From Pseudogymnoascus verrucosus (Eukaryota), in assembly GCA_001662655.1 (NCBI GenBank), contig KV460213.1: a stretch of DNA of 64,000 nucleotides. One strand, given 5' to 3'. The position numbers were made by a program, and so were the translations under genes. Under the pieces are notes generated by a model. That model was not told the DNA's origin, searched no databases, and worked only from the letters and a program-made list of their open reading frames with translations. This document shows, in pieces, positions 13,101 through 26,944 of this stretch (positions are counted from its first letter, which is position 1; every line of letters starts with the position of its first letter).

Positions 13101-15010
13101 CGCGCCCATACCGTAGTACCACATATAACCACAACCACAAACCACATAACCACATGCAGACCCGCAGCCGCGCGCACTCGCTGGGCCCCAACCCAAGGCA
13201 TCCCACCCGGCTCCTCTGCGGGCGTCTCGCCGCAATGGCTTTAAATAGGTCGCGCTGCTGCGTATAGTGCGATAGGATGGTAGAGTGTAGAATGGGATAG
13301 GATAGGTAGGATGGGAAAGGATAGTTGGGGCCGACTTGGGGCCAAGGGCAACGGACACCGCTCCGGCGCTCAATGACGCTGGAACAGACCAGACCTGAGA
13401 CATCCCGGGGACGGGGGGCGATCGCGTCTCAGATGCGCCGCCGTCGGTCGTGAGGGGTTGGGTTGTGTTGGGGTTTTGGGTTAGCTTATCTATACAGCTC
13501 CTGCTTCATTGCGTATCCCGTGACCCCCTCTCCTGCTGAGTAGAGTAGAGTACAGTGGAGTAGAGTAGGGTGCATACAGCATTCCGAATTAGACCAGAGT
13601 AGCATCGATGATACACATATAGCACTCACTGCAGCTTAGACCAGAGCGAGTATTGATAACCCCCCCCCCGGGCGCACCCCACCAGGGCAGCACAGTTCAA
13701 GCACAACCAAGAACAAGCACAAGCATAAGCAGATCCGTTGGCTGCGGCGTTATCGACACTCCGCGGCTTGCGCTAAGGTGGTTGCGAGGTGGTTTGGCAG
13801 GTGCTTGGTGAGGGGAGGGAGTAGTAGGGATCATGATGAGAGCGGGGTATGTGAATAGGCCATCTATATAGTAGTGCAGTGTAGTGGAGTACGACGGACA
13901 GCTCGGCGCTTAACTTACAGAAAGAAAAGGAAGGAGGGAAGGGAGGCAAGGAAATAAGGCCCGTCTCGGCGGTGGGTTGGCGCTCATGACAGATGCGAGA
14001 GAAGCTAGGTTGTGGATAGGGAAGGGAGGCAGGAAGGAAAAAGGGACCTTGGCCTGGCTGGGCCGGCTGGGCTACGGGTTAGAAGTGTTAAAAAAGTATT
14101 TTACCGCCGCCGTACAGCTGCGGATATTTATAAAACCCCATATCATCCAAGTCATCTGGTCAGGTTGGCAGGGAAGCTCGGGGTAGAATCAAGAGGGGGA
14201 ATGAAGGGAGCACAAAAAAAATCCACACCAAGATAATCCACGGAAACCGAAAACACATCTCAGCTATTAAACCACCCAATTCAATTCACTCCCCTCCCAA
14301 TAAAAAATCTCTACCTCGCGGCAAGTGGTCATACGCGTCTGTCCAAATCCATTCATTGGGTCTTTCTTCGCATGCATGCATCCCTTGATGTGTGCTGTTG
14401 TGGTTTGTATGGTACATTTCATCCCTCCTCTCCCTCTTCCCTCTCCCCCTTCTCCTTCCTCCTCCTCCCCCTCTCTCTTCTTTGAATTCAAGTCCCAGTT
14501 TCAATCAGCCATAGCTATATAGCAAAGGACATATCCCCCTTCTCTCCGACCTCCACAAAACAGAATATAGAAACCCGATCGATCAAATAAACCTCAAAAC
14601 AAGCTCCGTTACGCTGTGTTCGTTCGCCCCTTGATGGGGGTGCGAGACGGGGGGGTAATGTGCAGTTGTTGGCGTTAGATCAAAGCATATCGAACAGAAA
14701 AAAGAGATACGAAAGGATAACAACAAATAGCAAATAACAAAAAAAAGGAAAAAGCAAGACAGAAACAGATCATGACGCCGGATATAATCGGAAAATCTCG
14801 AACAAAAACTCGAACAGTCGTCTCTCCCATTTTATCCCTACCCCCCATCATTCCCCCTCCCCTCCCTCAAACACGGGAGAGCGGGGTTCAAATATCTTCA
14901 ATATACAAACAAGGCAGTAGTGCGCGCAGCAGCAGCTCGATTTTCATGGCAAGAGGTATGCGTGCGTGGTAAACGTAAACATCATATCAGTCATCCCCCC
15001 CTTTCGCCGC

Positions 15011-18000
15011 TCAAAACACATTCCCCTTCACCCCCCCCGCCGTCGTCGGGGACAACTCATCCGCGCTCCCCTTCCTAACCCTCGTCTCCGCCTCCGCCGA
15101 ATCGAGCCTCTTCCTCCAATCCGCCAGACTATTGCTCAGGCCATGCTGTTCCTGGCCGCCGCTCTGTCCGTCGTCGTCGCCATCGGGCCTCTCGAGGTCA
15201 AAGTTCGTGGACTGGCGGTAGTTCTTACTCGTCGTCTCCCAGTGCGTGCGCAGGGTCTCGAGCTCGGATGCCAGGCTGTCGAGGGCCATGGAGTTGCGGT
15301 CGTTGGCGCGCTCCGTCGTGTCGCTGTATAGTGACTCGCCGGAGACGCTGTCGATGTCGCTGAGGTTGCGGGTGTGTCCGCCTCCCGCTTTGGCGCTGCC
15401 GGCGACAGCATCGCTGAGGTGGGACTGTCGACGGTAGTTGTCGACGGAGGACTCGACCTGGTCAAGCAGCAGAGAGACCTTCTGCTCGGCGTCTAGGGCG
15501 CGCCTCTCGAGATTCGCGTTCTCCTGCTGCAGCTGGTCGAGGTCGAGACGCGCTTGCTCGGACGAGGTGGTGATTTGGCGTTTCGCCTCGTCGTGGGCCT
15601 CGGTGAGGCGTAAGCGGTCTGCTTTGGTGGACTCGAGTTCCTTGCGGACGTCGGAGAGCTGGTTTTCCATTTCGGAGCGCGAGGTTTGGATCTCGGCTTG
15701 GAGGTTCGAGATTTGTTGGCGGAGAGCCTCTTTTTCTTGTTCCCACTCGGTTGGCTCGGCGGAGTCGGCGGCCTTGGATCTCGCTCCCTCCACTTCGGCC
15801 TTAAGGCGGCCATTCTCGCCCTTCAGTTTGGAGAGCTCGTCCTTCATGCGCTTGAGCATCTTCTCGGTGCCCTTCACGTAGTGGACGGCGGACTGGTAGT
15901 CGTTCTCGAGCTGAGCGAGCTTCTCGCGGTATGTGCTCTCAACCTCCTGTGACTGCGAAGCATGGAGTTGCTTTGTCTCTTCATGGGATTGCTGCGACGT
16001 CAGAAGCTGCTGCTCAAGTTCACGCAGACGGCTTTGCTCTGGTGAGTCTGAACGCATCTGCGGGCTATTCAAGCCACGAGCTCTTGCTGCAGTTATCGGG
16101 CTGATACCACGCTCTTGGAGCAGGTCCTTCAGGGTGTTATGTTGGACATGCACAGCGTTGGTCTCGAGCTGCTGGTTCGCAATCTGGTGCCTCATCTCCG
16201 AGTTGGCAGCCTGCAGAGTCTGGACTTCCTTCATGGTAGACTGGAGCTGCTTGCGGATACTCATGCCTTCACGGCTGACCTGCTCTTGGTACGCCTCAAG
16301 ACCAGCAATGCGCTCCTCTGCACTTCGGAGTTTCTCCGACGCATTGTCCGCAGCAGTCTGGTACTTACGCACCAAGACGTTAGCCGCTTCAGCCTGGGCC
16401 TGGAGAGTAGCGACCTTCTCGCCTCCAGAAGTTGGGCTCATCGACATATCCCTCGTTGACACCTTGTCGAGACCAGACATAACAGCTAGGCGAAGGCTTT
16501 GTGCTTCCGTTGCATGCTTGTCGGCAATTTCCTCGGCATCGCGCAGACGCTGGCTTGCAGTTTCGAGCTCGGAAGTTCGCTCCTCGTGCTCGGAGCGAAG
16601 GTTGCGTAGCTTGTCCTCAAGAGCTTCGCGCTGGCTGCGCTCTTCCTCTACCTTGCGTTCGAGGTGCTCCTTCATGTCGTGCGCAGCGGCGATAGCTGCC
16701 CTCAGAGACCCGAAAGTTTCACTGTGGTCCTTTGATGTCCCAAGTAGCTCGTTATGCTGTCCCTCCAAGGTCTCTCTATCGACCTGGAGGAGGTTCGCCT
16801 TAGCGACGGCCTCAGCACACAGGATAGACTGTTCCCTGGCCTCCATATGGACGTGGTGCAGTTCAGCCTTCAAGCTCTCAACCTCCGAGGAATTCTTCTG
16901 CTTGTAGCTCTCCAGCTCTGCGATGCGAGCTTGGGCAATATTCGCAGTCTCCTCTGCAAGTTTGCGGCCACTGGCCTCTGCTTCCACTTCCGCAGTCAGA
17001 CTGTCGATATTCTTCTGTAAGTTCGACTGCGCGCTTAATGCTTGTGCAAGCTTTCGTGCGACATCGGTTGAGCGATCACCAGATATCGAGTTTGTATCTC
17101 TCGAATCATTGTCCAGTTGCGGTGTGCTGGTTTGGCTACCTCCGTGGGCGGCAAGTTTTGCCTTTGCATACACTGCTTCACTGACAGCAGCATCGCGTTG
17201 CTTCTCTACTTCAGCGATCTTCTTAGCTGCAATAATTGCTTGCTGGTCGATAGATCCTTGCACTGAAGACAGTTCAGACCGCATGGCGATCAGAGCCTCG
17301 ATCAATGGCCTTTCGGCATCAGAGAATGACGTTGAGATCCGGTTGTCAAGGATTGAGCTTGGAGTACCACCTGGTGTGTATCCCGACTTTCTAGCGAGCT
17401 CGAGCTCCGAAGCCATCCAGGCATTGCGGTTCCTAAGGTTATCAAGCTCGTTGAGTAATGAGACGGTCTGGGAGTTCCTTGCCGATTTGTTCTTTGTCGC
17501 GTTGCTTCCTTGCCTCGAAGGAGGTGGCGGAGAACCAGTACGGTTGGTGACACTCTTCAAAGTCCCCTCGTTGATACTCCCCAACGAGCCCTGCGGACGA
17601 CGAGACTTTGACCCTGATCGAGGCAGCTCCACAGACGCTTGCTGCATATTTGTAGGTGGGGCCTCGGCGATTTCCTGCCTGACAACCTCCTGCTTGGCAA
17701 CAACAATCGGTGCAGTTATCGGTAGTCCGCGCTGTCCGTTGCTGGTAGGACTATCACGAGGAGATAGAGACAACCCCCTACTCCCCGGTCCGTTCCTCTC
17801 TTGCGACTGGCTTCTCATCGAAGTATCAATACCAGGGCCAAAGCCTCTACTTTGAGGCGGCGGCTTGCCACGGAATGGGTTTCCCTGTTGCGGTGCGCCG
17901 TTGGGCCTACTAGGAGCCATTCCTTGAGGAGGTGGTCCAGCGGGTGCCTGCATCAGCGATGCGCGAGGTAGCTTTGAGCCTATACCTAGGCCTTGCAGAG

Positions 18001-19760
18001 GCGCCGAACCAGGGCCTGGGCTATCTCTGCCCATATCCATTCCGTCGACTCCTGGAGGCCCATTCGGCCGGCCACCATACATATTCTGTTGTCCCATAAC
18101 GCTTGTACGTGCCGGTGCTCCATTGAGTCTCTTCATATCAGGCGGGCCATCCGCAGGGCCGCGCGAACCCATGAGTCTCCTATCTGCGTCGCTCGGCCTG
18201 CGGCCAGCCACCTGCTCCCCAGCTGGGGTCTGCTGGATCATCTGGTCGTTGGGGTATCGGATCTTAGATGTATCGAGCAGGAAAACCACAGACAAGTCAG
18301 CCGCATCTCGCGATGCCGTGCTAGGCTCTCCTCCGAGGACAACAATCTGCTTTCCATACGCCGTCATGCTGTGGCCGGATCGAGCGGACGGCGATGGGCC
18401 CATATTCTGGAAAGTATACCAACGACGACTTGATATCCTGAAGGCTGCCAGATCTCCAAGATCTGCGCCCTCTTCAGTGCGCCCTCCAAAAACGTACATG
18501 ACATCGTCTACTATTGTCGCAGCATGGCCTTCTCTAGGTGCTGGGATGTATCCTATGCAGTCTAATTGGGTCCAGGCGTTTGGTACTGGGTCGTAGCACC
18601 AAACATCGTTGAACCACTGGAAGCCGTTGGTGCCACCGAATCTGGCATCTATTAGTCTCGTAATTTATATGCAGAGGTTCTGATAACTTACAGGTAAAGA
18701 CATTCATTCCATGTGACAATGGAGTGGTTAGTACGCGGAGGTGGGATGCTTCCATCAGTTGCCATCTCATCATTTTGGATCAACATCTCCCAGCGGTTGG
18801 TCGGTACCTGAAGTAGGTTAAGATCGAATGCAACCAGGTCATTCATAAAGTAACCCTCCACTTGACCACCAAATACGTAGATTTTTGATCCGACAATGTT
18901 CAAGGAATGTCCATATCGTCCGGCAGGCCTTGGGCCGGCAGGCACAGCTCTGGACCATTGACGTGTAGCTGTATATCATAAGTCAAAAGGTTTGGTTGAG
19001 GAGTGGTTGAACCTACATGTGTTCAAAAGGTATAAGGTCTCATCCAACACATCGCTGTCATCCATCTTGGTATCACCACCGTAGACAATGAATGCATTCC
19101 CCACAAGTAAACTTGCATGACCAACTCTTGGCCCTGGTCCTTCTGCCGTTGTTGCCAGCGGGTAGCAGGCCATATTTCCTCCTCCACCTTCTACCAACCA
19201 TAAGTCGCCCTTAACAGTCGAGCTGTTGATCAAGCCTCCCATTATATATATGTCACCGTCCTTCGAGGACACCGAGTTAACTGCCGCGCCATATCTAGGG
19301 AACGGACTCGGATGCGACGACGTGAAGGTTAATTTCCTATACGTCCAAGGGTATAACGCTGTATTCGGAGCTGAATTTACAGGCTGGACAGCCGGCGCAG
19401 TTGCATTTCGTAGCTAAGTTCCGTGTCAGCTACTATCAGGGAACGTGCATCTACAATGCGACATTGTATCCAGGGAGAACTCACTGGCAAATCCGACTTC
19501 TCCAAACCTCCAGTTCCTCTCCTCACGGGTCCCTTGGGGTCCGGACTAGGCGCATTGCCATGGAACGAATTGATCGAATTATTCACACTCCCTGTCGGCG
19601 TCGGTGTTTGGCTCAGGGTCAACCCATCCTTCTCATCCTTCGATCCTCGCCCATTGCCATGTAGCGACGCCTGTGATCCCGCGACCGAACCCTTCTCATC
19701 CGCCTTCGTCGCCGCAGCGGCCTTCTCCTGGTTCTTCTTGCTCTTGAAGAGGAAAGCCAT
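15011..19760 (-). CDS. tea1: Kelch-repeat/coiled-coil cell polarity protein (Tea1/Kel1 family)
   Basis: N-terminal kelch repeats (PGPRVGHAS, RPAGRYGHS, PPPRTNHS, PSARSGHS) followed by a long coiled coil and C-terminal LASELETLRTHWE; about 3 introns. Confidence 0.88.
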
Positions 19761-22079
19761 TATTCGTGGTCGTCGCTCGGCGAGCGTTGGTGGTCGCTTA
19801 TCGTATTAAACTTGTTGCCGCGCCCGGGCGGACGAACTGCGTGAACTATGCCAATGCGCCGAAAAGGGGATATGCAGTATTCGAGGTTCGAGGATGCAGT
19901 TGATTCGATGTCGGAGTTCGGTGATATTGTTTGCGATGGGGGGATTCGCGGTGGTGGACAAGGAATCGCGAAAAAAATGTCGAGGGTTGGGTTTGGTGGT
20001 GGAAGATGGCTGGGAATTGGCACACGGGGTCCGAATTAGAGTGCGCGCACGCGTGGAGGGCGTAACAATGTCGGTAGGCGATCTGCAAGTGATTAGGTGA
20101 GTGATGTCTCCAATGTCCCCCACAGACTGGCAGTTTGATGTCTCTAACAAAACGGGGCCGTCGTCGGGAGGCTGGGAGGCTGGAGGAGAAAGATGGCGGA
20201 AGGTTCGTAAAAAGGTGAGGGTGACGGGCGGGCTACTACTCAGATGGATGGATGGATGGTCCAAGGGTGGCCGGTAACTCGCCAAGTTATAATTACCTTT
20301 CCAAGGAGGTCGATCACGAGAAACCACTTTACAAACACCAACAACGAAAGGGAATGGGCGACTGATGATTAGATATTGCGATAGAATTAAAGTACAAATG
20401 ATTTAATAAGCGCATTACGAGTCAACAATGAGCAAATAAGTCAATACTACTCTCCTGATTCTGGAATAATTTTTCTTTCTATCGATAGGGAGTCTACCCA
20501 TTCTACCCATAGTACAATTTTGTAACCCCTGAGCTGGCTCGTGTCGTTAACATTATGGGCGTTTCCCCCAGCTTTCTGAAACGCTATCAGCAAAAGGGAA
20601 AGGGTCAAAGTAGTCAAGGCAAGGGCGGCGGCCGTAACACGACCGTTTGCGTCTAGTGTAGCCCATCGTCGCATACTCTACAATTATCAACTATCAACGA
20701 TTCCTTCTACAGTACATATGGCCGACCTGGCTAATTCATCCCATATTCCTGCAGGCACTCCTCTAGAGTCAGTTAGTTACTGCTCATATGCACCAGAAAT
20801 TTAGAGACAGAGGATTGCTGCAGTGCGTGAACCGCTGTATGGTAATCTCAACGGGCGTAGATCACCATTCACGCACAGACTTCCTTGAAGCTTTGTATAC
20901 TTATACGTATAACAAAACCTCTGCTATTTCCCCCTTCCCAATTTCCTGCGCTATGTATATCCGTTCACCATCTCCCATATCTGCCACGGCACAGCATAAG
21001 AAACCTTCTGCGCTGCAACATCCAGTACTCACACACCAGTCTTCACACACACACACAAACCACTACTTGCCCGCCACAGTCCTGCAAAAGTCGCTCTCCC
21101 CTCCCAAATGTCATAACCACCACGTCGCCCATCCCTCCCAAACCCACCCACCACCAAACCCCTATAAGCCCGCCCGCCCCGCCCCGCCCGACAAAAATCC
21201 CAATGATAGGGGCATAACCCAAATCCTCCCATCCCCTCTCCACACCTCATGCACGCCTCGCCATTCCCATCACACGCAGCGCCGCTTAACCAATGACACG
21301 TCGCATGTTCGCAACTCCCGAACGTGCCTGCGTCTGCTTGGTGTAAAGCCACCACCATTGCTCGGAAAGAGATGGGTGCTCCGCATCTCTGCCTTGGGGA
21401 GGGGGGGACAAGAGAGGCGTGCAGGTGGTTGACAGCTCCGAGTAGCCGGGTATGGGTGGTGGAGGGTATGTAACCTATGTTGTACGCGGAGGATGGGGGT
21501 TGGGTACGAGTCTAAAGGTTATCGTCATGCCTGAAGGACCATGAAGTCGTGCTGGCTGTAAATGTTTTCAAGGTCGTTGTTACCCAAAGAGCTTGCAGCT
21601 ACCTCCCATCGCATACCCCACCCCCTACCAATAAATATGCAACTTATCTTGGGTGCTTATGCAAGCCTAATCGTGGATAGGAATGAGAGGACACTCATCA
21701 CACCCCGGATGCGCGACCTTATTGGCTGGTAGTAAACGATCATTCGGTCAGCCTGGCGGTAATATTTTTGTGATCATCCCATGGCTCAGATGTCAGAATG
21801 ATAGCTCGATGCGATAAGTGTGCAGATATATGATGGAATCGCTGCGATGACGATAATTGCTTCAGGCGGCGACGGGGCGGCTGGAGGGACAATAGGTAAC
21901 ATATAAAATTCGTAGTACTGGTGTCATCCAAAGGTCTCAAGAGGAAGTGCACATGACAAGCTGGTGTTTGCAGTAACAATCAGTGAAACAAAGCTGCTCA
22001 GTTTGAGCTACAATAAAAATCCAGTTGCCCGGAAATACAGATCTATATATTAATTCCGTCGATTCAAACTACACTGGTA

Positions 22080-23617
22080 TCAATCCTCCACCACCATCTC
22101 CCCCCCTTCAACCCTCTTAGGCGGAACACATTTCCAGCTACACCCCCTCCTCATAAACGGCAACTGCCTCTCTATAACATCCCTCGGTCGCACCGTCTCC
22201 TCCGCCGTAACCTTCCCCGCCGGCGACTGTTCAATCTCCCACCACTCAATCCACTCCGTCCTCGGCACCACAAACCTCCTCTCACAAATCGTACATTTCC
22301 TCCCCGGCACCTCTGTCTCGCGCAGCCTCCTCGCATCGTCCAGCACATGCTGCAGCTTCTCCGGGTAGTCTCCGCTCAGATACTCGTTGAGATTCGGCAT
22401 GTTCGGCGTGTCGGCCCAGGTCTTGACGCAAAGCTCTAGTAGCGAGGGCGTGTTGGAGGCGGGACGGGCCGTTGGTACTTCGGGGGCTTTGACGGGGGAG
22501 CCGTGCAGGTCGAAGAATTTGACTTGGGAGCGGCATTTGAATCTTCGTCTCCATTCGGAGTTTCTGGCGTGGTCGTGTTCGGGGTTGTCGCAGGTTTTGG
22601 AACCCCATGTCCTCTGGTCACTGTCCTCGTCTACGGGCAGCCCGGTCTCTGTTATGCCGTCGGCTGCGGGGGGTTCATAGAACGGGTTTGGGTGGAGGTG
22701 AAGTATCTTTATCCTGCTCGGGCAGGACAGCAAGTCTAGCAGCTCAAATGGAAGCGTGCGAAGGGCATTGTTCGAAGCGTTCAGCTCAGTGAGGCGCCGT
22801 AACCTATTGATTGACGTAGGGAGCTCCGTCAGCTCGTTGCTGCGTACACTCAACACGCTCAAGTTCTCAAGGTTGAATATTTCCCCAGGCAAACGCTTTA
22901 GTTCGTTTCTAGCCAAAAATATCCTCAATTTTGGGAGGAGGGTTTGGTAGGATCCTTGGGTCAGGACTGGGATGGATGAGAAGGAGGCGAGAGATCTGAT
23001 GGCTCCATTTGAGAGACTTGTTAGGCCCTTTCCACTAGAGTATCTCAGTCAGTATACAGTCTGTAGAGCGCCTTAAGTGAGGGGACAACATACGAGAGAT
23101 CCACATCCTCATTGCCTTCCTCCAAGCACTGCTGTATGAGTTGACGAGCCTGCTCTTCCTGAGACGGGTATTCCGCCGAAGGAATAATAACCCGACTCCT
23201 CAACGGCGACGGCCTCATCGCCACCGGCACCCCCCTCGCCAAAAACTCCGGAACCCTCGCCCCCTTCAAAAAATCATAATCCGCACCATCATCATCATCC
23301 GTACTATCGCTCCCCAACCAAACCCCACTATCAAACTGCCTCTCCAACGTCCTCTTCCCCTTCCTCTCCCCCGGATTAGTAGATCCCGAATTATCAGGCT
23401 CCTGCTTATACCACGGCCCCTTATACCTCATCTTCTGCCTCCTCTTCGGATCAGAGTAATTCTCCGCGCTGGGATCGTCATCGCTCGAAAATAGCGGGGG
23501 ATCGCTCGATATCGGCGCTGAGCTCAGGCGCGCGCGCTTTCCGGGACGGCCGCTGGTGCTGTAGAAGCTGGGGGCGAGGCCCGAGGGCAGGGAGGGGAGG
23601 GAGGGCTCGTCGGCCAT
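22080..23617 (-). CDS. Leucine-rich repeat protein (conserved fungal)
   Basis: Two ORFs joined by a short intron (~23093-23035); LRR motifs LARNELKRLP, VRSNELTELP, ASNNALRTLP, LHPNPF. Confidence 0.8.
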
Positions 23618-24270
23618 TTGCTCAGGTAAACTTATTTTTTCAGAGCATTATAGGTGCGGATGGGGGGGTGGCGTGAGGATGGGTGAGAAATGAGAAGTGT
23701 TATCCCTCAGTCACGTCGCGTGAGACACGCGTCTGTGCTTTGGACCCTTTTTCTGCCCCGCTGTTCAGCCTTGTCTTTCAGCCTTGGGCCTCTTTCAGAC
23801 ATAGCCATATTCTGGGCAAGAGCGGGAAATAAATAATACTTGTCTTCCCTTCGCTCGACATCTCATACGTAAATTTGTCACTGTTAATGAAACGGTCGCA
23901 TCTACTCCTTCGAAGGTACTTGTAACAAGGTATATATGACTACCAAGTTGGCGTTTCGGCCGCCCAGTTGGCCAACCAGTATAGTTGGTAGTTCGGCCGG
24001 AACACATATGATGGTGACGATGCACCAAACGCCGATTGCAACGTTCAATCATAGGGTCAACTGCGAAGATGGCTCTTCGAGCATAGTGCATGCATTATGC
24101 AAAGGCACTACTAGACTCCAGACCTCATTTCTTTCATTTCTTTCATTTTTTTTTTTTGAAGTTTACTCTTCTATTCTGGCGTGGGGTTCTGCGGCTTTCC
24201 CACGCCACAAGCTGAATAAGACATTGGTGAACATAGATACACTATTATATTAAACTACTCCATTACATAC

Positions 24271-25968
24271 TTATTGTCTAGCTAAGAAACGAATTCGTCC
24301 AGCATTGTCCCTCGTGGAGGTATTTACTAGAGACTCTTCCACGCCAATCAATAGTAGCTTGTCGCGGGCTTTTTTGTACTCCTCCTGGCTCTGACTAGGC
24401 GACTTTGATGCGATTCCTTCCACAGGACCACGGTTAGCTATCGCGGCAGGATCATATCCCAGAACCTCATCGTTTGAGCCAACGACCCATCTTCCCCACG
24501 TGCCTAGCAACGAACCTAGGAACGGCACTAGAAGAATCAGCAGCACAAGCTGATTATAGACATAGGCCCTTGTGGAGGTCCGAGTTGAAGTCGCCACATC
24601 GCTGGCGTTGGGCATTCTTGCGAAGGCCCCCATTGTCGCCCAGTCAAAGTTGTTCTCAATCTGGCGAGCGACATGTTCCGCGTTGTTGGAGGCATCGTCA
24701 CCGAGTAAGCCTGCAGCAAAGGGCTGCTGGTACATGTCATTCCAACCTGTGCCAACTACGCGGAGAGTGAAGTAGTACGGGGTTGTTCGAGCGTTCTCGT
24801 TCCAGATAAACGTACGCACGTTAGAGATTGGTGAATTATAGTTGCTTAGGGGGTATATCGACCGTTTGAAGGAGTTTCGTTCTACACGCGGCGGATTTTT
24901 GCCTGTTTGGGAGATCGAAATATTGCCGTACTCGATCAGACAGCTCACCGTGTTGATCAATTTGCTGTTGCCAATGCCAAAGTCTGCACCGCCTACCCAC
25001 GCTCCGAAGATCACGGCCCACGATCCGGGCGAATCGATACATGCGTTGGGGCCAGTCGAACCGGCCGAACCAGACTCGCAGTCCAAGTCTAAACCCGTCT
25101 TAAAATTGGCATAGATCGAGGGCGCACCACAGGTCAGGTTGACACACATGGAAGGGACGATATCGCTACAGAAATCCGTCGAAAGGTCCGAGGCAACAGT
25201 TGAAGTCGTGATTTGCTCTGGACAGACTGTTAATCCTCGGTTTTCTGTGTTGTCTATGGTACGGGCGTTGCAGGTGGCAAACAGAGCTGACGATCCCGTT
25301 GACACGCTGCAAGAGTCATCATCGCACACTGGAGCAACCGGAGCGGCGAAGTTCCCATTCGAGGCTTGCACGGCCATACCAAAGACAAGATCACCGGCGC
25401 TGCCTCCTCGAGAACGGAAGTTTCCTCTGTTAATCCAAGGAGCCCAATAGTCCACGGCATGAGAGGCGGAAGTGGAAGTGATTTTAACATGATCTGTCTG
25501 CGAGATTCCGGCCAAAAGAACGGGTGTGATGATGGATATAGAAAGGAGAAGTAGTCCGCTCGTTTTGATAGCCCATGATCGACCATTGAAGGCGTATGTG
25601 AGCTTCGATAACGGCGAGACGCTCCACTGAGCGAGGCGGGTGATTTCCCCCACAGTCAGTGGGCTACCAACATTGCCGGGCACGAGTTTGAGCCAGAATG
25701 AGTGTTCGACACAACGGGTGATGAGGGCAGACGTAGCAGCAGCTAACATAGCAGCAATCAAACCAACGGCCACGGTAGGCTTGATCGATCCTGTGTCGCC
25801 GTCGTTGACGAGAGATGGGATATGATAAAGATGTGCTTGAACATACAGAATAATGAGTAGAGCATAGCAGACTAGACAGATCACGGCCAACAAGGTGGTG
25901 AACAGCGCATTCAAGAGTCTCCCCCGCAAACTCGATGGTGCTTTAGGGGGCGTATAAGATTTCGACAT
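24271..25968 (-). CDS. Intronless membrane protein of unknown function (3-4 TM segments, Cys-rich lumenal domain)
   Basis: 565-aa ORF with hydrophobic segments near both termini and Cys-rich middle. Confidence 0.7.
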   Translation of the reverse strand: MSKSYTPPKAPSSLRGRLLNALFTTLLAVICLVCYALLIILYVQAHLYHIPSLVNDGDTGSIKPTVAVGLIAAMLAAATSALITRCVEHSFWLKLVPGNVGSPLTVGEITRLAQWSVSPLSKLTYAFNGRSWAIKTSGLLLLSISIITPVLLAGISQTDHVKITSTSASHAVDYWAPWINRGNFRSRGGSAGDLVFGMAVQASNGNFAAPVAPVCDDDSCSVSTGSSALFATCNARTIDNTENRGLTVCPEQITTSTVASDLSTDFCSDIVPSMCVNLTCGAPSIYANFKTGLDLDCESGSAGSTGPNACIDSPGSWAVIFGAWVGGADFGIGNSKLINTVSCLIEYGNISISQTGKNPPRVERNSFKRSIYPLSNYNSPISNVRTFIWNENARTTPYYFTLRVVGTGWNDMYQQPFAAGLLGDDASNNAEHVARQIENNFDWATMGAFARMPNASDVATSTRTSTRAYVYNQLVLLILLVPFLGSLLGTWGRWVVGSNDEVLGYDPAAIANRGPVEGIASKSPSQSQEEYKKARDKLLLIGVEESLVNTSTRDNAGRIRFLARQ

Positions 25969-26944
25969 GATGAAGAATATTCTCAGATAGAGCCTACGTG
26001 AAGGTAGCAGCGCGCATGCAGGATCTCAGGAAGACGAGTATTCTGAAGAGGGTTTTGGCAGAAATCAAGACCGTAAAGCATGAGGTTTAAGCTCCTTCCC
26101 ACGGTTCGCCCAGTAAGGTGGGATTATATACGGCATTTAAAAGAGAGTCTGTTGAAAAAAAGGCTCTCAGAGGCTCAGCTCGGGAGGTTGCACCACATTC
26201 CAGCCGCCCAAATCAATAGTTTCCCAAATCGGCGTGTGGCTGATGACTGATTGGGACATGTTCGTCAATATTGGCGAGTTTTGGTCGTGTGGCTGAAGTT
26301 CTGGCGTTTTATCAATTCTACACCTGTAGTTGTGAGGGGTATTTGCTGAAGCCTCATCTGGCCATGGTATAGTAAAGTTTGAAATCAGCTTTAGTTCTAA
26401 ATTCCGAATGATTTTATTTACGGCAAAAGAATAGAATACCCTGTACTTTACCCTATAAAGGACAGAATACTGGTGTGATACTACTCTTAGTCCTCCATCT
26501 TCCGAAGCAGTAATAGCCCACCACAGCCTGTAGTTAGTACTATACGCACTATATTCTAGCATGTACAACCCCTAATTAGTACTGTCCGCCACTGTACTCT
26601 AGAACGTACAGCCTGCATTTGTTCCGCGACGCCTACTGCATCCAGTCCCTCATTCAGCGATGCCCAGCACGTCAGACACGATCAGCATAGCAGCATCTCT
26701 GAATTAACCCCACTCCACTATTGTATCGTGGAGGAGAGAAAGCCGAACAGTACGCCATGTCTCACTTAGGCTAAGACATACTTCGAGCGCGGATTGGAGC
26801 TGTGGATCTGACAGATATATTTTCTACCAGTTCTCCATGAATCCCAAGTAAACTACAGGGTGTATATACTCCGCATTGTAGTCCAGCTCTTATAGACTTA
26901 GTAAAACCGACCAGGTTTCCCATCCCCCACTGGTATCATGGGTA

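Noticed and set aside
12392..13403. ORFs of 95-202 aa in the CK1 upstream region
   Set aside because: Low-complexity sequence, non-ATG starts, no recognisable domains or codon bias
15438..18596. Long plus-strand ORFs (up to 324 aa) opposite the kelch gene
   Set aside because: Antisense frames with Ser/Arg-biased composition and no domains
20788..21432. 214-aa ORF between the kelch and LRR genes
   Set aside because: Runs through CA/C-rich simple sequence with no protein-like features
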